Assembly: GCA_013151235.1 (NCBI GenBank)
Contig: JAADIO010000055.1
Coordinates: forward strand, 39,743-103,742
Direction of reading: 5' to 3'
DNA length: 64,000 nucleotides
DNA from: Deltaproteobacteria bacterium
GTDB lineage: Bacteria > CG2-30-53-67
Shown: piece by piece, positions 8,630 through 18,655 of the stretch
Numbering within the stretch: the first letter of the stretch is position 1
Layout: each line of letters begins with the position of its first letter
Notes under the pieces: model-generated
What the model saw: the letters and a program-made list of their open reading frames with translations, nothing else
Databases searched by the model: none
What the model was told of the DNA's origin: nothing
Program-made: the position numbers and the translations under genes

Positions 8630-9583
8630 ATGCAGCTTCGGATCGGACACCTGTCCACCTTTTATCACACATCGATCCTGCTGATGGCCGATCCGGAAAC
8701 CCCGGCACGCCTCGGCGTGGAAGTAGAATGGAAACTCTTCGGCACCGGCCCCGCAATTGTCGAGGCCTTCCGGACCGGTGAAATCGATCTGGCTTATATC
8801 GGCCTGCCTCCCGCCATGATCGGGATCGCTTCAGGAGTCCCTATTCGATGCATCGCCGGCGGACACATGGAAGGGACCGTGATCGTCGGGAATGTCGCCC
8901 ACCGGGACTTTGGCGATACCCACGAACTCGGCAGGATCATGGAGCAATTCCGGGGGAAAACAATCGGCGTTCCCGGCACCGGGTCCATCCATGACGTGAT
9001 CCTCACCGACACCCTCGATCGTTTCAACCTGGCGGACACGGTGCAAACAGTTCACTTCCCCTGGGCGGACGAATTAATGGAGGCGATGTTCCGGGGAGAG
9101 GTGGCGGCAGCCTTCGGGACACCGGCCCTGGCCGCCGCACTGGCCCATTACGGAGAGGGAAAGATCCTCTATCCGCCCCGCCTCCTCCGGCCGGAGAACC
9201 CGAGTTACGGCATCGTTGCGGAGATCTCCTTCCTGCAAAGGGAGGCGGAGATTACGGAGCGGTTTCTTCGACTCCATGAGGCGGCCACCGAAAGACTCCG
9301 AACCGATCCTTCCGGAGCGGCAAAAATTCTCTCCACCTTTATCGGTTTCATTGATGAAGCACTCGTACTAGAAACCCTGAAGATCTCTTCCCGTTACTGC
9401 GCACAGTTGACGGAAGGATACATCACCTGTACCCTAAGTTTTGCCGAAACCCTGAAACGGTTGGGCTACATTGAACGGACGTTACCGGAAAAGGAGATCT
9501 TCGACACCACCTTGATCAAAAAGATTCATGGTCCGGGAGATCACTACGGAGACGATGCTGTAAGGAGAGGACAAACTTCATAG
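8630..9583 (+). CDS. SsuA/THI5/NitT-like substrate-binding-fold protein, no signal peptide
   Basis: FGTGPAIVEAF..GEIDLAYIGLPP and GKTIGVPGTGSIHD; hydrophilic N-terminus MQLRIGHLSTFYH. Confidence 0.8.
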   Translation: MQLRIGHLSTFYHTSILLMADPETPARLGVEVEWKLFGTGPAIVEAFRTGEIDLAYIGLPPAMIGIASGVPIRCIAGGHMEGTVIVGNVAHRDFGDTHELGRIMEQFRGKTIGVPGTGSIHDVILTDTLDRFNLADTVQTVHFPWADELMEAMFRGEVAAAFGTPALAAALAHYGEGKILYPPRLLRPENPSYGIVAEISFLQREAEITERFLRLHEAATERLRTDPSGAAKILSTFIGFIDEALVLETLKISSRYCAQLTEGYITCTLSFAETLKRLGYIERTLPEKEIFDTTLIKKIHGPGDHYGDDAVRRGQTS

Positions 9584-9598
9584 ACAAGGAGATCGACG

Positions 9599-10186
9599 AT
9601 GACGGAAAAGAAAAAACCGCTGCCCCGACCACCCCGAAAAGGCTTCGGACCGAGAAGGGGACCTGACACCGAAGGACCGTTGAGTGCCGACAAGATGGCA
9701 GCAGCCATGGCACAGGGAAAGCTCGAAGAATACCTGTCACAGGAATTCCAGGGGAATGAACAGGCGCAAAACCTGGCAAAGATGATGATGGGGATGACGG
9801 GAATGTCCGGGATGATGCCGTCCGGCGGGTCCGTCGGTAGTATCCCGCCGGCCGGCGGAGATCCCGCTGGCCCTCCGGAAGTCCCCGAGGATATCCGGCA
9901 GGCCTCTCTCACCGGCGACATGGGACAGCTCATGACCCTGATGAAACAGGAGCACGAAAAACGCTCCGGCGGTGAACAAAAAGCGGGTGAGGAAGCCCCC
10001 ACGAAAAAAAGTCCCGATAACGAAAAGGCATCGGCACCCTCGGCGGAAGCCCCGGCCCTTCTCGACCGGGAGTCAATCGACCTTTTGATCCGGATTGCCT
10101 CGGAAAACAGCGTCTCCCTCGACTGGGTCATCGCCCGGGCCATCAAGCTCTATGCTCGGGATTACAAACTCACCGGCAGGGTCTGA
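9599..10186 (+). CDS. Hypothetical protein with Met/Gly/Pro-rich linkers and a possible C-terminal ribbon-helix-helix-like domain
   Basis: AGGAG RBS; C-terminus ESIDLLIRIASENSVSLDWVIARAIKLY. Confidence 0.7.
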   Translation: MTEKKKPLPRPPRKGFGPRRGPDTEGPLSADKMAAAMAQGKLEEYLSQEFQGNEQAQNLAKMMMGMTGMSGMMPSGGSVGSIPPAGGDPAGPPEVPEDIRQASLTGDMGQLMTLMKQEHEKRSGGEQKAGEEAPTKKSPDNEKASAPSAEAPALLDRESIDLLIRIASENSVSLDWVIARAIKLYARDYKLTGRV

Positions 10187-10269
10187 AAACAAAAGGGGAA
10201 ACCAAATATATTCAAGAACTTGCTGTGGTCCGACCCTAACCCCAGACTACCCAGTAAAACGAGAGGTTG

Positions 10270-11757
10270 TCATCGTGTTACCCTGTATAACCGCCATCTT
10301 CCCCTCTTTGTGACCGGTTTGAGAATCGGGAGGGCATCGAAGATGTTCTGTGTTTCCTGTGTACCGTTGATCAACAGGTAGTTAAAGGCAAGGATGTCCC
10401 TAATTTTTACCCACTGTGCGTTCCATTCCAGGCCGGGTGTCCAATGGGGAGGCCTCTGTTTCCTGAACTGTACAATCCCTGAAGCATGCTCGGCAAAAGA
10501 GAAATTCAGGCTCCCGCCTTTCACTGCCTGCGCGTAGGCGAAGGTCTGCAGAAAGGGTCTGCCCTTTATATATCGGCTGGTCTTTACAAAATCCAGGCCG
10601 AGCACGCGCTGTTTTGCGGGAAGCAGCATGAGAGAGCGCCTCAGCCCGGAGATTTCCTTCGTCTGGAAAAGATGCCATGCCCAGGCTGTCTGAAAGAGAA
10701 AGAAGGCAAGTACGGCCCCAAGGGAGAGTTGCTGGATCTTGTGTTCCAATGCAGGGGCGGGGAAAGAGAGGAGCAGAAATATCGAGACAATCGGAAACCA
10801 TCTTTGAGCGAAAAAGATAGTGTTCATATACTTTTCAGGTGCAAAAAAGTAGATGCATAAAAAGAGAAGAGCAGCGGTCAGAAGTTCTTTGTCAATCTTT
10901 TCTGTGAATCGATTCCGGTTTGTGAAAAACGACAGCAACAGCCAGGCAAGTATTACAACGGCCGCAATCGCTTCCGTATTCCCCTGGATTCCGCCGAACA
11001 TGGAGTTCACCAGGTACCCGGGGGCCAGACGATCCAGAGGTGAAGTCACCCAGTGTGCCGCAACATCGAAACCTGCCGATTCCCTTACTTTGGAGAATGA
11101 CTGATACCAGAAGGCCGCAAGCAATCCAGTCGGGAATAAAGGAGATAACCGGTAGATTAAGGACTTCCAGCCTTTCCAGTGTATGAGATTGTAGAGCAGC
11201 AACCAGGCCGCTCCTATCAGAAACCATAAGGCATGGCAGAAATAGAGCAGGAACGACAAGAAGATGAGAAGCACACCTCTTCTTCTGCTGAAAGGGTGTA
11301 GAGCGGCCATAAACCAGAGGACGAAAAAAGGCCAGCCGATCAGGAAGTTCAGAAAACCCCAATAAAGGGACAGGTTGAAAACCAATAACAATGCCAGTAG
11401 CGCATTTCCCAACGGCCGTTTCCGTTTCCATGCGAGCAGGTGTATCGCCATGCCCCAGGAAAGAACCAGCACGATCAAGGAGAGCTTGCCTGCGAAGATC
11501 GGAGCGAACAGGTTGCGGGCCGCATAGATCAATAGATAGACAAGGTTGTCCGGCGAATACCAATTGATGGAATAGAGATGCGTTTGGCCGGACAGGGTTT
11601 TGTTGAGTAGATAAATTTGACATAAATGCTGTGGGAGATCTGTTGCTGGAGGGAACTCTACAAAAATGAAGGGGAATAATGTCAGAACGATTGAAATACC
11701 GGCCAACAAGCCGCGTAGGGGTATCCCTTTAAAGACTACCGGAAGATTGCGTTCCAT
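10270..11757 (-). CDS. Polytopic membrane protein, possibly a GT-C-fold glycosyltransferase
   Basis: 495 aa with about 10-11 hydrophobic segments; PPATDLPQH in the first loop; visibly AT-richer than its flanks. Confidence 0.65.
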   Translation of the reverse strand: MERNLPVVFKGIPLRGLLAGISIVLTLFPFIFVEFPPATDLPQHLCQIYLLNKTLSGQTHLYSINWYSPDNLVYLLIYAARNLFAPIFAGKLSLIVLVLSWGMAIHLLAWKRKRPLGNALLALLLVFNLSLYWGFLNFLIGWPFFVLWFMAALHPFSRRRGVLLIFLSFLLYFCHALWFLIGAAWLLLYNLIHWKGWKSLIYRLSPLFPTGLLAAFWYQSFSKVRESAGFDVAAHWVTSPLDRLAPGYLVNSMFGGIQGNTEAIAAVVILAWLLLSFFTNRNRFTEKIDKELLTAALLFLCIYFFAPEKYMNTIFFAQRWFPIVSIFLLLSFPAPALEHKIQQLSLGAVLAFFLFQTAWAWHLFQTKEISGLRRSLMLLPAKQRVLGLDFVKTSRYIKGRPFLQTFAYAQAVKGGSLNFSFAEHASGIVQFRKQRPPHWTPGLEWNAQWVKIRDILAFNYLLINGTQETQNIFDALPILKPVTKRGRWRLYRVTR

Positions 11758-12306
11758 GAAGATGGGGTTCTCCCTGCGGAAAAAGCTTGGGTGTCAGAAC
11801 TTAATGGGCTGTTGCTCAAACACATTTGACATTTTTGAAGATGGCTATTCCGCCGAAGGGCACACTCCATAATATCTTCATAAACCGCCGCACCTAACAA
11901 GACCTGCCTGACTTTCTCTTCTGGTCAGCAAAAAAGATCCACACGTTAAAACCCAAAAGGTGTTTTGGCAACGCTTCCGGGAGAACATCTAACAGGGTTA
12001 CCGGAATAACCATTAACGATATGAGTAACAATTCCCGTGGGGATTGTAAAGGAAATTTTAGCGCAAAAGAAAAAGCCGCCCTCCGGTGGGGAGTAACTTC
12101 CAGGAAGATTAGGGGACGTTCCTGATTACGCTGACTTATTCCTGACAAACTTTTCTCAACGAATCGTCGGGACCTCCTTTGGAAGACCGCTGCAGGTCCG
12201 AGGAAAGACCTCCCGGCCTGCTCTAACCTGATTTAAACATTGATTTTCCATTCATTTTATATTATTTTAAAGAAATTGTAATTCTGGAGAAAGGAACCCA
12301 AAAAAA

Positions 12307-13119
12307 ATGATACTCAAGGTTGCCCTTGCGGTCTATCTGTTATCCACCATCTTCTGTCTTGTCTATTTCGTTTCTCCCCGGAAGTCCCTGGCAACGGCTT
12401 ATCTGGCCAGCGCGGTCGCAGGTTTTCTCATCCATACATGGGTCCTGATCGAAAGCTATCTTCAAGCAGGGCACATCCCTGTGACCAACCTGAAGGAGGG
12501 GCTGTCCTTTTTCTCCTGGACGATTATCCTGATTTTCCTGATCATTGAATACCGCTACAAGATCCTGATTCTCGGTTCCTTCATTATTCCCCCGGCTTTT
12601 ATAGCTCTCCTCTACCCGGCATTGGCGGGTGACAGAATCACGGCGCTGGCGCCACTTCTGCAGAGTTCCTGGTTAGGGGTCCATGTGACCCTGGCCTTCC
12701 TCGGGGATGCGTCCTTTGCCCTGGCCACGGCCCTGAGTGTCATGTATATCCTTCAGGAACGCCAACTAAAATCCCACAAGTTCGGCGCCACCTTTCGCAA
12801 GCTCCCATCCCTGGAGGTTCTCGATTTGATCAATCACCGGATTATGACCATCGGTTTTCTTCTCCTGACGCTCGGCATCATTACCGGAGCCCTCTGGGCC
12901 CGGGCGGCATTAGGGAGCTACATACAGGGGGATCCCAGGGAAATCTGGTCCCTGATCACCTGGGTGATCTATGCCGGCCTCGTGCATTCCCGACTGACCA
13001 TCGGATGGCGGGGCCGTAAATCAGCAATCCTGACGATCGTGGGATTTTGCGTGCTGATCTTCGCCTTTCTGGCCATCAATACCTTCATTCCAAGTTATCA
13101 TTATCCGGGGCGTTTCTGA
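12307..13119 (+). CDS. ccsA: Cytochrome c assembly protein (CcsA/HemX-like)
   Basis: WLGVHV, LPSLEVLD, GIITGALWA, DPREIWSLITWVIY, GWRGRK; precedes hemA. Confidence 0.88.
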   Translation: MILKVALAVYLLSTIFCLVYFVSPRKSLATAYLASAVAGFLIHTWVLIESYLQAGHIPVTNLKEGLSFFSWTIILIFLIIEYRYKILILGSFIIPPAFIALLYPALAGDRITALAPLLQSSWLGVHVTLAFLGDASFALATALSVMYILQERQLKSHKFGATFRKLPSLEVLDLINHRIMTIGFLLLTLGIITGALWARAALGSYIQGDPREIWSLITWVIYAGLVHSRLTIGWRGRKSAILTIVGFCVLIFAFLAINTFIPSYHYPGRF

Positions 13120-14408
13120 TGGGCATCTTCCTGGTAGGACTGAGTCACAAAACGGCGCCCGTGGAATTGCGGGAGAAGATCTCCTTTGCCGAAGAGACGA
13201 TCCCGCAAGGACTGGAAAAGCTTCGGGCGGAGTCGATCCCGGAAAACATCATCCTCTCCACTTGCAACCGGGTCGAGATCATCGCTCAATGCGAGGACTG
13301 CGTCAAAGGGATTTCAGCCACGAAAGATTTCCTGTCCGGCGAACACCAGATCCCCCTCGATGAACTGGAGCCTCATCTCTATATCCGGGAAGGCAATGAG
13401 GCAATCCGCCATATCTTCCGTGTCGCTTCCTCGCTTGACTCCATGATGGTCGGGGAGCCCCAGATCCTCGGGCAGTTCAAGAATGCCTTCACGATCGCCT
13501 CGGAGGCCAAGGCGACGGGAATCATCCTGAATCGGCTCATGCACAAGGCCTTCTCCGTGGCAAAAAGGATCAAGACCGAGACGGGGATCGCCCGAAGCGC
13601 CGTTTCCATCAGTTACGCCGCCGTGGAACTGGCCAAGAAGATTTTCGACGATCTGACGGACAAGACCGTCATGCTCATCGGAGCCGGGGAGATGTGCGAA
13701 CTGGCGGCCAAACACCTGATGCAAAACGGCGCGAAAAAAATGCTCGTCACCAACCGGACCTACAGCCGCGCCGTGGAACTGGCACAGGAGTTCAACGGGA
13801 GCGCCATCCGTTTTGAAAATTTCATCGAATCACTGATCCAGACGGACATCATCATCTCCTCCACCGGGGCGCCGCACTATATCCTGCACCACCACGATGT
13901 AAAAGAGGTGATTCACGAACGGAGGAACAAGCCGATCTTCATGATCGATATCGCCGTCCCCCGTGACCTTGATCCGGAAATCAACAAGATCGACAATGTC
14001 TACCTCTACGATATCGACAATCTCCAGGCCGTCGTTGAAACCAACATCGAAGAGCGGAAGAAGGAAGCGGAAAAGGCCGACAGCATCGTCACGCAGGAGG
14101 TCCGGACCTTCGAACAATGGCTCGCCTCCCTGAAGGTCACACCGATGATCGTCCTTCTCCGGGAACGGATGGAGCAGATCCGGCAGGAAGAACTCCGAAA
14201 GACCCTGCCCCGCCTGAACGGAATCTCGGAGAAGGAGAAGAGGTCGATTGAATCGATGTCGATGGCGATCATCAATAAGGTTCTTCACGGCCCGATGAAA
14301 GCCTTGAAGTCGTGTCACCCGGAAGAAAAAGAAACGCTCATGCAGGTGTTGCGGGAGATCTTCCAGTTGGAAGACTCTCCCCGAAAGATCGGGGAAAAAG
14401 ATCGTTAA
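13119..14408 (+). CDS. hemA: Glutamyl-tRNA reductase
   Basis: GLSHKTAPVELRE, STCNRVE, SLDSMMVGEPQILGQ, GAGEM, DIAVPRD; TGATG overlap with ccsA. Confidence 0.97.
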   Translation: MGIFLVGLSHKTAPVELREKISFAEETIPQGLEKLRAESIPENIILSTCNRVEIIAQCEDCVKGISATKDFLSGEHQIPLDELEPHLYIREGNEAIRHIFRVASSLDSMMVGEPQILGQFKNAFTIASEAKATGIILNRLMHKAFSVAKRIKTETGIARSAVSISYAAVELAKKIFDDLTDKTVMLIGAGEMCELAAKHLMQNGAKKMLVTNRTYSRAVELAQEFNGSAIRFENFIESLIQTDIIISSTGAPHYILHHHDVKEVIHERRNKPIFMIDIAVPRDLDPEINKIDNVYLYDIDNLQAVVETNIEERKKEAEKADSIVTQEVRTFEQWLASLKVTPMIVLLRERMEQIRQEELRKTLPRLNGISEKEKRSIESMSMAIINKVLHGPMKALKSCHPEEKETLMQVLREIFQLEDSPRKIGEKDR

Positions 14409-14440
14409 CCGTGGTATACACTCCATTGTAAGGGAAGAAG

Positions 14441-15373
14441 ATGACAAACTCAAAGGAAGTCCGTATCGGCACACGTGGAAGTCAGCTTGCACTCTGGCAG
14501 GCCAACTGGATCAAATCGACGCTCGAGGCCCGGCATCCCGACCTTGTGGTCTCTTTGGTGAAGATCAAGACCACGGGAGACAAGATCCTCGATGTCCCCC
14601 TGGCCCAGGTCGGCGGCAAAGGACTCTTCGTCAAGGAGATCGAAGAGGCAATGCTTGACGGAAGGATCGACCTGGCCGTCCACAGCATGAAGGATGTCCC
14701 CACCGACCTTCCCGGTCCGCTCCACCTGCCGGTGATCGCCGAACGTGAAGATCCGAGGGACGCCCTCTTGTCGCACGGCAAAGTGTTCGATGACCTGCCG
14801 CAGGGGGCGAAGATCGGTACGAGCAGCCTGCGGCGTCAGGCCCAGCTCCTCCACCGGCGTCCCGATATGGAGATGATCTCCCTCCGGGGGAACCTCGACA
14901 CCCGGATCAGGAAGCTCGACACGGAAGGGCTCGATGCCGTCATTCTCGCCGCGGCGGGAATCCGCAGGATGGGCTGGGCGGAGAAGATCACCCAGATCCT
15001 GCCGACGGAAATCTCTCTGCCCGCCATCGGGCAGGGGGCCGTGGGGATCGAATGCCGCCGGGAGGATCCCCGCATCAATGACCTGATCGCCTTCATCCGT
15101 CATGATGATACCTTCGATGCCGTGGTGGCGGAACGGGCCTTTTTAAAGAAACTTGAAGGGGGTTGCCAGGTCCCGATCGCCGCCTATGCCGAAGTCGACG
15201 GCAAAAATCTGAAACTCCGGGGTCTCGTCGGAAGCGTCGACGGCAAGGAACTGATCGAAGACAAAATCGACGGGCTCCGTACGGACGGCGCCCGTCTCGG
15301 CACCGAATTGGGAGAACGGGTCCTCGCTGCCGGCGCCGGCCGGATCCTCGAAGAGGTTTACAAAAATCAGTAA
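14441..15373 (+). CDS. hemC: Hydroxymethylbilane synthase
   Basis: IGTRGSQLALWQ, GGKGLFVKE, AVHSMKD, GTSSLRR, LEGGCQVP. Confidence 0.97.
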   Translation: MTNSKEVRIGTRGSQLALWQANWIKSTLEARHPDLVVSLVKIKTTGDKILDVPLAQVGGKGLFVKEIEEAMLDGRIDLAVHSMKDVPTDLPGPLHLPVIAEREDPRDALLSHGKVFDDLPQGAKIGTSSLRRQAQLLHRRPDMEMISLRGNLDTRIRKLDTEGLDAVILAAAGIRRMGWAEKITQILPTEISLPAIGQGAVGIECRREDPRINDLIAFIRHDDTFDAVVAERAFLKKLEGGCQVPIAAYAEVDGKNLKLRGLVGSVDGKELIEDKIDGLRTDGARLGTELGERVLAAGAGRILEEVYKNQ

Positions 15374-15436
15374 CCCCTTCATTGCAGGCTGTTGTTTTCC
15401 GGTCCCTCTTCGCGACAAGGAGGACACAGGAACATT

Positions 15437-17026
15437 ATGGATTGGACGGACAAAAAATCCCCCCCGGCCCCTCTTTTACAAGGTGGAGAGAAATCATCCA
15501 TCAAAGGAAAAGTCTTTCTCCTCGGCGCCGGTCCCGGCCACCCGAAGTTGATCACCCTCCGGGCGATCGAATGTATCCGGGATGCCGAGGTCATCATCTA
15601 CGACTACCTGGCCAATCAGAAATTCCTTCAGTATGCCCCGAAGGGGTGCGAGATCATCTATGCCGGGAAGACGAGCGTTCACCATACCCTGCATCAGGAT
15701 GAAATCAATCAGCTCCTCATCGACAAGGCCCGTACGGGAAAAACGGTGATCCGGCTCAAGGGGGGAGATCCCCTCCTTTACGGACGCGGCGGGGAAGAGG
15801 CGGAAGGACTCGCCCGGGAGGGGATCCCCTTCGAGATCGTCCCCGGCATCCCGGCGGCTACCGCCATTGCGGCCTATGCCGGGATCCCTCTGACCCACCG
15901 TGACTCAGCGTCTACGGTCGCCTTTATTACAGGGCACGAAGGATCGGGCAAGAGCGGCCCGCCCGTGGACTGGGAAAAGATCAGCACCGGCGTCGGCACG
16001 GTCGTCATCTACATGGGGGTCGGCAACCTGCAGGAAAATACCCGTAAACTCATGGAACACGGACGGGCGCCCGAAACCCCGACGGCCCTCGTCCGCTGGG
16101 GTACGACGCCGGAGCAGGAGATCCTCATCGGGACCCTGGCCGACATCTACGAGAAGGCCCGGACGGCACACTTCAAGGCCCCGGCCATCATGATCGTCGG
16201 CGAAACGGTCCGGCTCCACGACAAACTCCACTGGACCGATCAACTCCCCCTCTTCGGCCGCCGGATCGCCCTCACCCGGGAACGGGAGAACGCCGGACTC
16301 TTTTCCAAGGAACTGGAGCGGCTGGGGGCGGTGATCTACTACCTCCCCGCCATCAGCATCTTTTCCCCGGAAGAGTTCGGGATCGTCGATCAGGCCATTG
16401 AAGAAATCGAACAGTTCGACTGGATCATATTTACGAGTGCCAACGCCGTCCGATATTTTCTTGATCGTCTGATCAAGAAGAATCGGGATGTGCGTGATCT
16501 GAAAGGGATTTCGATCTGCACCGTGGGGACCGCCACGGCCCGGTCTCTAAAAACCCGGGGGATACGGACCGACCTCATCCCCGAGGAGTTCACCGGGGAA
16601 GGCGTCGTTGCCGCCCTGCTGAAGGAGGGAGATCTTCCGGGGAAGCGGGTTCTGATCCCCAGGGCGGAAAAGGCGAGGGAAGTGGTCCCCGATGCCCTCC
16701 GGGAGGCAGGCGCCGAGGTCGTCGTGGCCACGGTCTACCGGAATCTTGCCCCGGAGATTGACGCACAGGCACTCCAGGAGATCCTGATCAACCGCAAGGC
16801 AGACCTGATCGTCTTTACCAGTCCATCGAATATCAGAAATTTTGTCCGGTCCGTGCAGAAAGAAGGACTGCAGAAAACCCTGCCGGGAATCAGGACCGCA
16901 TGCATCGGTCCGGTCACGGCAAAGGCGGCGAAAGAAGCCGGGCTCGATGTTGTCGTTGAACCGGAGAAATCGACACTCGAGTCGGTCTCTGAAGCGATCC
17001 GGAAATATTTCGCTGAAAAACAATGA
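15437..17026 (+). CDS. cobA: Fused uroporphyrinogen-III C-methyltransferase / uroporphyrinogen-III synthase (CobA-HemD)
   Basis: GAGPG, RLKGGDP..GRGGEE, GIPLTHR; HemD half FTSANAV, FTSPSN, CIGPVT. Confidence 0.93.
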   Translation: MDWTDKKSPPAPLLQGGEKSSIKGKVFLLGAGPGHPKLITLRAIECIRDAEVIIYDYLANQKFLQYAPKGCEIIYAGKTSVHHTLHQDEINQLLIDKARTGKTVIRLKGGDPLLYGRGGEEAEGLAREGIPFEIVPGIPAATAIAAYAGIPLTHRDSASTVAFITGHEGSGKSGPPVDWEKISTGVGTVVIYMGVGNLQENTRKLMEHGRAPETPTALVRWGTTPEQEILIGTLADIYEKARTAHFKAPAIMIVGETVRLHDKLHWTDQLPLFGRRIALTRERENAGLFSKELERLGAVIYYLPAISIFSPEEFGIVDQAIEEIEQFDWIIFTSANAVRYFLDRLIKKNRDVRDLKGISICTVGTATARSLKTRGIRTDLIPEEFTGEGVVAALLKEGDLPGKRVLIPRAEKAREVVPDALREAGAEVVVATVYRNLAPEIDAQALQEILINRKADLIVFTSPSNIRNFVRSVQKEGLQKTLPGIRTACIGPVTAKAAKEAGLDVVVEPEKSTLESVSEAIRKYFAEKQ

Positions 17027-17184
17027 TGGTCTCGTAAAAAGTCGTTTTTCGGATTCCGTTCATGGTTCGACAGGCTTCCGAGCATGGTGAGCTTGCCGAA
17101 CCACACGAACGGGGAATATCAAAGACTTACACCGTTCGCCCTGAGCGTGTCGAAGGGTCGAACGGACTTTTTACGAGTCCATCA
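17024..17184. mobile_element. MITE-like element family A, copy 1
   Basis: Terminal inverted repeats TGATGGTCTCGTAAAAAGTC / GACTTTTTACGAGTCCATCA; internal REP-like palindromes; homologous to 19933-20116 in the opposite orientation. Confidence 0.8.
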
Positions 17185-17221
17185 ACAATCGAACCAGAAA
17201 ATTTAAAAGGGAGATGCCATC

Positions 17222-18205
17222 ATGTTTTTCCCCAGCTACCGTCCGCGCCGGGTACGGAAAAATGAACAGATCCGAAGAATGGTCCGGGAGACCCGGCTCT
17301 CCGTGGACAACCTGATCTACCCCCTGTTCGCCATTCATGGCAAGAAGGTCAAAAATGAGATCCCTTCCATGCCGGGAAACTTCCAGCTCTCTGTGGAGAA
17401 CCTCGTCCGGGAAGCCCGGACGGTCTACAAGCTCGGCATCCCGGCCGTCCTCCTCTTCGGGATTCCGAAGAGGAAAGATGCCGTCGGCTCCGGGGCCTAC
17501 GACGAACACGGCATCATCCAAACCGCCGTCCGGTCGATCAAGGACAAGATCCCGGAGCTGATCGTGATCACGGATGTCTGTCTCTGCGAATATACCGATC
17601 ACGGCCATTGCGGGATCGTCGAGAACGGCGAAATCCTGAACGACCCGACGCTGGAACTCCTCGCGAAGGAAGCGGTATCCCACGCCCGGGCCGGGGCCGA
17701 CATCATCGCCCCTTCGGACATGATGGACGGCCGGGTCGGCGCCATCCGGGAGGCTCTCGATGAAGAAGGTTTTGATGACACACCGATCCTCTCCTATGCC
17801 GTCAAATATGCCTCCGGATTCTACGGTCCCTTCCGGGATGCAGCGGAATCGACACCCGGTTTCGGCGACCGCGCCTCTCACCAGATGGACCCGGCCAACA
17901 CCCGTGAGGCCATGCGGGAGGCGGAGCTGGATGTCTCGGAAGGGGCGGACATGCTCATGGTCAAACCAGCGCTTCCCTACCTCGACATCATCTACCGGGT
18001 GAAGGAGGAATTCGATCTGCCTGTGGCCGCCTACAACGTCTCCGGCGAATTCTCCATGATCAAGGCCGCAGCAAAACAGGGGTGGCTCGACGAGAAACGG
18101 GTGATGATGGAATCGTTGATCTCGATCCGGCGGGCCGGCGCCGACATGATCCTCACCTACTGGGCGAAGGATGCCGCAAAACTGCTTCAGAAACAGCAAC
18201 CATAA
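17222..18205 (+). CDS. hemB: Porphobilinogen synthase (Zn-type)
   Basis: [47 protein letters not shown]. Confidence 0.97.
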   Translation: MFFPSYRPRRVRKNEQIRRMVRETRLSVDNLIYPLFAIHGKKVKNEIPSMPGNFQLSVENLVREARTVYKLGIPAVLLFGIPKRKDAVGSGAYDEHGIIQTAVRSIKDKIPELIVITDVCLCEYTDHGHCGIVENGEILNDPTLELLAKEAVSHARAGADIIAPSDMMDGRVGAIREALDEEGFDDTPILSYAVKYASGFYGPFRDAAESTPGFGDRASHQMDPANTREAMREAELDVSEGADMLMVKPALPYLDIIYRVKEEFDLPVAAYNVSGEFSMIKAAAKQGWLDEKRVMMESLISIRRAGADMILTYWAKDAAKLLQKQQP

Positions 18206-18260
18206 AAAAAGAAGACCGGAATCGCCGTTTCTGATAGAATAAAAGACGGGAGGAGGACAA

Positions 18261-18527
18261 ATGTTCATTCGGCGATTTCATAGTGAAATCATCTTTCATC
18301 TCTTCAGCCTGATCTTTTTCGACCTGATCTATTTCATCGTCCTCATGTTGCTCCTGTTGCAGCATGAGGCGCTGTGGTTAGGCCTCGGGTCTCTTCTCGT
18401 CTTCGGCTACCTGCATCTCCGTTACTTCCGGAGTTTCTGCCGGGAGATCCGCTGGACCTACGTCACACCTCATCTTGTTTTCCCCTGCCTTTTGACGTTG
18501 GTCGCCTTTTTGACCTACGCGCCATGA
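18261..18527 (+). CDS. Small hypothetical membrane protein (88 aa)
   Basis: GGAGGAGG RBS; about 3 hydrophobic segments. Confidence 0.6.
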   Translation: MFIRRFHSEIIFHLFSLIFFDLIYFIVLMLLLLQHEALWLGLGSLLVFGYLHLRYFRSFCREIRWTYVTPHLVFPCLLTLVAFLTYAP

Positions 18528-18587
18528 AACAGGGTTCAAACTGCTTAAACCATTCAAACCGTTTAGAGAACAGACAGCCTCTTTCCA

Positions 18588-18616
18588 TTGACAGAACCTC
18601 CTGAAAATGTTACTAA
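18588..18616 (+). promoter_or_regulatory. Possible sigma70 promoter of hemL
   Basis: TTGACA-17 nt-TACTAA with an extended -10 TG. Confidence 0.45.
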
Positions 18617-18655
18617 TCTTCTCATTAATTCAGGGATTCAGAAGGAGAATCAGAC

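Noticed and set aside
11894-12148. 84-aa ORF upstream of the membrane protein gene
   Set aside because: Non-ATG start, no clear RBS and no motifs; at most a remnant
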